DNA of 64,000 nucleotides from Paracoccaceae bacterium (GTDB lineage Bacteria; Pseudomonadota; Alphaproteobacteria; Rhodobacterales; Rhodobacteraceae): NCBI GenBank assembly GCA_052387855.1, contig JBQTIT010000007.1, positions 56,922 to 120,921 of the forward strand, read 5' to 3'. Shown piece by piece: positions 60,448 to 64,000 of this stretch (position 1 is its first letter; each line of letters starts with the position of its first letter). The notes under the pieces were generated by a model. It saw only the letters and a program-made list of their open reading frames with translations, ran no database searches and was not told where the DNA came from. The position numbers and the translations under genes were made by a program.

Positions 60448-61311
60448 TCACGCGCCGGGACGGAGATTTTCGCCCGGGTGCAGCGCCTCGCGCGAGGCGA
60501 GCGTGACCGTGACAAAGCTGACGTAGATCAAGAGATACCACGATCCGATCTTGGCAAAGCTGACCAACTGGTCCGGCGACTGGCCGAAGTAGAGCCAGGT
60601 GCCGGTGGTGGTGCCGATGTTCTCGGCCACCCAAAGCGAAAGCGAGGTAAGGAACGCCGCCAGCGGCAGCGGCACCGAGACCTGCCGCGACCCGGCCAGG
60701 AACCAGATCCGGGTGCGCCAGAACAGGACCAGGGTGCCGCCGATCAGCAGGATGCGCACATCGGCCAGAAAGTGATGCGCGAAAAAGTTCACATAGATCG
60801 CGGCCGCCGGCGCCACGGTGGCCCAGAACGGCGGATAGGGGGTGAAACGCATCTCGAACAGCCGGATGACCCGCGCGATATAGCTGCCGACCGAGGCATA
60901 CATGAAGCCGGAAAACAGTGGCACGTTCAGGACCTTGAAAAAGCCCGGCTCGGGGTAGGCCCATGACCCGGCGTCCACCTTGAACCATTCCATCGCCGTG
61001 CCGGTCAGGTGAAACAGCAAGATCACCCGCGCCTCTTGCCAGGTTTCCAGCCCGTAGCGCAAAAAGATGACCTGGATCGACAGGGCGTAGAGCAAGAGCG
61101 CGTCATAGCGATGGAACGCCCAGTCATCCTGCCAGAATGCCTTGGTCAGGATGATTGCGGCCAGCATGAGCCCGCCAAACAGGCAGGCCCAGGCTTGCTT
61201 GAGCAGGAACAGGGCCAGATCGGCCAGACCCAGCGGCAGCCGCGCCCGAGCCCATGCGCCAAGGGCATGCTCGATCCGGCTGGTCGTTTCGAGGTGCCCA
61301 GGTCCGGCCAC
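60448..61311 (-). CDS. DUF817-like integral membrane protein
   Basis: 287-aa multi-TM protein. The family assignment is from recollection of the conserved LKQAWACLFGG / HLTGTAMEWFKV pattern. Confidence 0.65.
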   Translation of the reverse strand: MAGPGHLETTSRIEHALGAWARARLPLGLADLALFLLKQAWACLFGGLMLAAIILTKAFWQDDWAFHRYDALLLYALSIQVIFLRYGLETWQEARVILLFHLTGTAMEWFKVDAGSWAYPEPGFFKVLNVPLFSGFMYASVGSYIARVIRLFEMRFTPYPPFWATVAPAAAIYVNFFAHHFLADVRILLIGGTLVLFWRTRIWFLAGSRQVSVPLPLAAFLTSLSLWVAENIGTTTGTWLYFGQSPDQLVSFAKIGSWYLLIYVSFVTVTLASREALHPGENLRPGA

Positions 61312-61331
61312 GGCCCGTCATTCCCCCTGGA

Positions 61332-62618
61332 TCAGAGCCCCGGATAGATCGGGAAGCGCTGGCAGAGCGCCTCGACCTCGGCCTTGACCCTTGCCTCGAC
61401 GGCGCCGTTGCCCTCTTCGCCGCTCTCGGCCAGCCCTTCGACCACCTCGATGATCCATCTCGCGATCTGGCGGAACTCGGCCTCGGCAAAGCCGCGCGTC
61501 GTGCCGGCCGGGGTGCCTAGCCGCACGCCCGAGGTGATGGTCGGCTTTTCGGTGTCAAAGGGGATGCCGTTCTTGTTGCAGGTGATGTGCGCCCGCCCCA
61601 GCGCCTTTTCGGTGGCGTTGCCCTTGACGCCCTTGGGGCGCAGGTCGACCAGCATCAGGTGGCTGTCGGTGCCGCCGGTGACGATGTCGAGCCCGCCCTT
61701 CATCAACTGGTCGGCCAGGGCCTTGGCATTGGCGACCACCTGGGCCTGATATTCCTTGAACTCGGGCCGCAGCGCCTCGCCAAAGGCGACGGCCTTGGCG
61801 GCGATGACATGCATCAGCGGGCCGCCCTGGATGCCGGGGAAGATCGCCGAGTTGATCTTTTTCGCGATCCCCTCGTCATTGGTCAGGATCATGCCGCCGC
61901 GCGGGCCGCGCAGTGTCTTGTGCGTGGTGGTGGTGGCGACATGCGCATGCGGAAAGGGCGACGGGTAAAGCCCCGCCGCCACCAGGCCGGCGAAATGCGC
62001 CATGTCGACGACCAGATAGGCGCCGACCGAATCCGCGATCGCGCGCATCCGGGGAAAATCGATGATGCGCGGAATGGCAGAGCCGCCGGCGATGATCATC
62101 TTTGGCCGGTGCTCGGTGGCAAGGGCCTGCACCTGGTCATAGTCCAGCGTCAGGTCCTGCTTGCGCACGCCGTACTGCACGGCCTTGAACCACTTGCCCG
62201 ACTGGTTCGGAGCGGCGCCATGGGTCAGATGGCCGCCCGCGTCCAGCGACATGCCCAGGATGGTGTCGCCGGGCTGGATCAGCGCCTGAAACACGCCCTG
62301 GTTGGCCTGGCTGCCCGAGTTCGGCTGGACATTGGCAAAGGCGCATCCAAACAGCGCGCAGGCCCGCTCGATGGCAAGGTTTTCGGCCACATCGACGAAC
62401 TGGCAACCGCCGTAGTACCGCTTGCCCGGGTAGCCTTCGGCATATTTGTTGGTCATGACCGAGCCTTGCGCCTCCATCACGGCGCGCGAGACGATGTTTT
62501 CCGAGGCGATCAGCTCGATCTCATCGCGCTGGCGGCCAAGCTCGGCGGTGATGGAGCCGAAAAGCTCGGGGTCGCGCGAGGCGAGGCTTTCGGTAAAGAA
62601 ACCGGGGGCTGCGGGCAT
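61332..62618 (-). CDS. glyA: Serine hydroxymethyltransferase
   Basis: [19 protein letters not shown]...[10 protein letters not shown]...[14 protein letters not shown] (PLP Lys). Start at ATG 62618 after GGAGAC. Confidence 0.96.
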   Translation of the reverse strand: MPAAPGFFTESLASRDPELFGSITAELGRQRDEIELIASENIVSRAVMEAQGSVMTNKYAEGYPGKRYYGGCQFVDVAENLAIERACALFGCAFANVQPNSGSQANQGVFQALIQPGDTILGMSLDAGGHLTHGAAPNQSGKWFKAVQYGVRKQDLTLDYDQVQALATEHRPKMIIAGGSAIPRIIDFPRMRAIADSVGAYLVVDMAHFAGLVAAGLYPSPFPHAHVATTTTHKTLRGPRGGMILTNDEGIAKKINSAIFPGIQGGPLMHVIAAKAVAFGEALRPEFKEYQAQVVANAKALADQLMKGGLDIVTGGTDSHLMLVDLRPKGVKGNATEKALGRAHITCNKNGIPFDTEKPTITSGVRLGTPAGTTRGFAEAEFRQIARWIIEVVEGLAESGEEGNGAVEARVKAEVEALCQRFPIYPGL

Positions 62619-62827
62619 CTTGGTCTCCTGGGGGGCAAGGAAAGGGGGCCCGGCTGTTTTAGGCCAAGCCGGGGGAGGAAGGAAGGCGCGAAAGCGACCC
62701 AATTTCGCGCGCATTGCCGCAGTTCCGCCTTCCGGGCCGCCTGCGGGGATCGCTCTTGAGTTTTTCGGGGCGGGCGGTGATGCTCGGGGGGCGTGGCCGG
62801 CCCGGCCGGAAACGGTGGAGAATCTGC

Positions 62828-63592
62828 TTGCGCTATTTGAGGATTGCCTTTCGCGCCAGCGAGGCGAGGGCCGCGCAAGAGGCCCTGGCCGCCCTGACGG
62901 CGGCCCATGCCAACGTGCCGGCCGAAGAGGCCGAGGTGATCGTGGCGCTGGGCGGGGACGGATTCATGCTCCAGACCCTGCACGAGACCCAGAAGCTCAA
63001 GCTGCCGGTCTACGGGATGAACTGCGGCACCGTCGGCTTTCTGATGAACGCCTATCAGGCCGAGGGGCTGGCCGAACGCCTGTCCGCCGCCGAGGAGGCC
63101 ACGATCAACCCCCTGTCGATGAAGGCCACCGCGCTGGATGGAACCGTCACCAAGGCGCTGGCGATCAACGAGGTGTCGCTCTTGCGCGCCGGCCCGCAGG
63201 CGGCCAAGCTGCGCATCTTCATCGACGGCAAGGAACGGATGAGCGAGCTGGTCTGTGACGGCGTGCTGATCGCCACCCCCGCCGGATCGACCGCCTACAA
63301 CTATTCGGCCCATGGGCCGATCATCCCCATCGGCTCCGAAGTGCTGGCGCTGACGCCGATGGCGGCCTTTCGCCCCCGGCGCTGGCGCGGCGCGCTCTTG
63401 CCGAAATCGGCGCTGGTGCGGATCGAAGTGCTGGACCCCGTCAAGCGCCCGGTCCGCGCCGACGCCGACACGCGCGCCGTGCCCGAAGTGGTGTCGGTCG
63501 AGATCCGGTCCGAGCCCAAGGTGCGCCACCGCATCCTGTTCGATCCGGGCCACGGGCTCGAAGAGCGGCTGATCGTCGAGCAGTTCGCCTGA
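62828..63592 (+). CDS. nadK: NAD kinase
   Basis: [15 protein letters not shown] and [13 protein letters not shown] motifs. The start is uncertain. TTG 62828 after GGAG was chosen, and ATG 62780 or TTG 62837 are alternatives. Confidence 0.8.
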   Translation: MRYLRIAFRASEARAAQEALAALTAAHANVPAEEAEVIVALGGDGFMLQTLHETQKLKLPVYGMNCGTVGFLMNAYQAEGLAERLSAAEEATINPLSMKATALDGTVTKALAINEVSLLRAGPQAAKLRIFIDGKERMSELVCDGVLIATPAGSTAYNYSAHGPIIPIGSEVLALTPMAAFRPRRWRGALLPKSALVRIEVLDPVKRPVRADADTRAVPEVVSVEIRSEPKVRHRILFDPGHGLEERLIVEQFA

Positions 63593-63638
63593 GGCGGTTC
63601 CTGGCGGGCGCCCGGGGCTGAAAACGGCAAGGGAAGGA

Positions 63639-63713
<75 letters not shown>

Positions 63714-63869
63714 ATCCGGGTCAGGCCGCCGCCCGATCTGGGGGGCTGCGGGCTGGTGGCGGGTGATTAAAGGGATTTTCCGCCCCATGCAACCCCCATT
63801 CCGCCGTCCGCGCCGCCCGATTTTCCCGCCCGTCTGGACCCCGGCGCAAAGCTGAGGTAGGACACGCAG

Positions 63870-64000
63870 ATGAGCGACAAGAGCCCGCCCAAAACCGCGA
63901 AAACCGACCGTCAGGCCCAGTCCCTGACCCGCGAAGAGCGGCTGAAGGCGGCCTTGAAGGCGAACATGGCCAAGCGCAAGGCCCAGGCCAGGGCGCGCCT
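63870..64000 (+). CDS. Small Lys/Arg-rich hypothetical protein, 5' part (runs off window)
   Basis: ATG 63870, MSDKSPPKTAKTDRQAQSLTREERLKAALKANMAKRKAQARAR, open to the window end. No motif recognised. Confidence 0.3.
   Translation, partial: MSDKSPPKTAKTDRQAQSLTREERLKAALKANMAKRKAQARAR

Noticed and set aside
62619-62827. A ZTP (pfl) or other known riboswitch in the glyA leader.
   Set aside because: The leader has small hairpins (GCGCGAAA...TTTCGCGC; CCCGGCT...AGCCGGG). I could not find the conserved ZTP cores (GGGTCGTGACTGGCG... / CCGCCTGGGC). A covariance-model scan would be needed to say more.

Overview
High-GC chromosomal segment with alphaproteobacterial gene content. The assignment to Rhodobacterales is an inference from that content, not a search result. 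Most of the window is housekeeping:
- yebC and argO.
- The cell-shape operon mreB-mreC-mreD-mrdA-rodA.
- leuA preceded by a Leu-rich leader peptide.
- nadE and gltX.
- A tandem glycine riboswitch followed by gcvT-gcvH-gcvP.
- azlCD, trxC, a NarL-type two-component pair, thuA-like/gfo, glyA and nadK.
- tRNA-Ala(CGC) and tRNA-Thr(GGU).

Four parts look accessory or unusual:
1. A polysaccharide locus at about 4.4-19.5 kb. It is headed by an orphan phage/GTA tail-fibre-like gene, followed by ugd. Next comes a 1075-aa fusion of a sulfotransferase-like domain with GT2 and GT4 domains, then a 734-aa protein made of two sulfotransferase-fold modules. Group-2-type export genes kpsM | kpsE-kpsT follow. 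Two divergent RTX calcium-binding proteins flank the locus, one of them broken at a G7 homopolymer.
2. A vapC PIN toxin paired with an atypical 142-aa partner, on an AT-rich island inside a putative gamma-glutamyl-amine catabolic operon.
3. About 2.5 tandem copies of a 213-bp hairpin-rich repeat between gcvP and azlC, with compensatory stem substitutions.
4. A dispersed REP-like hairpin family.

No CRISPR array, transposase, integrase or prophage core genes were seen. All functional calls come from reading the translated ORFs and recognising motifs. No database search was run.
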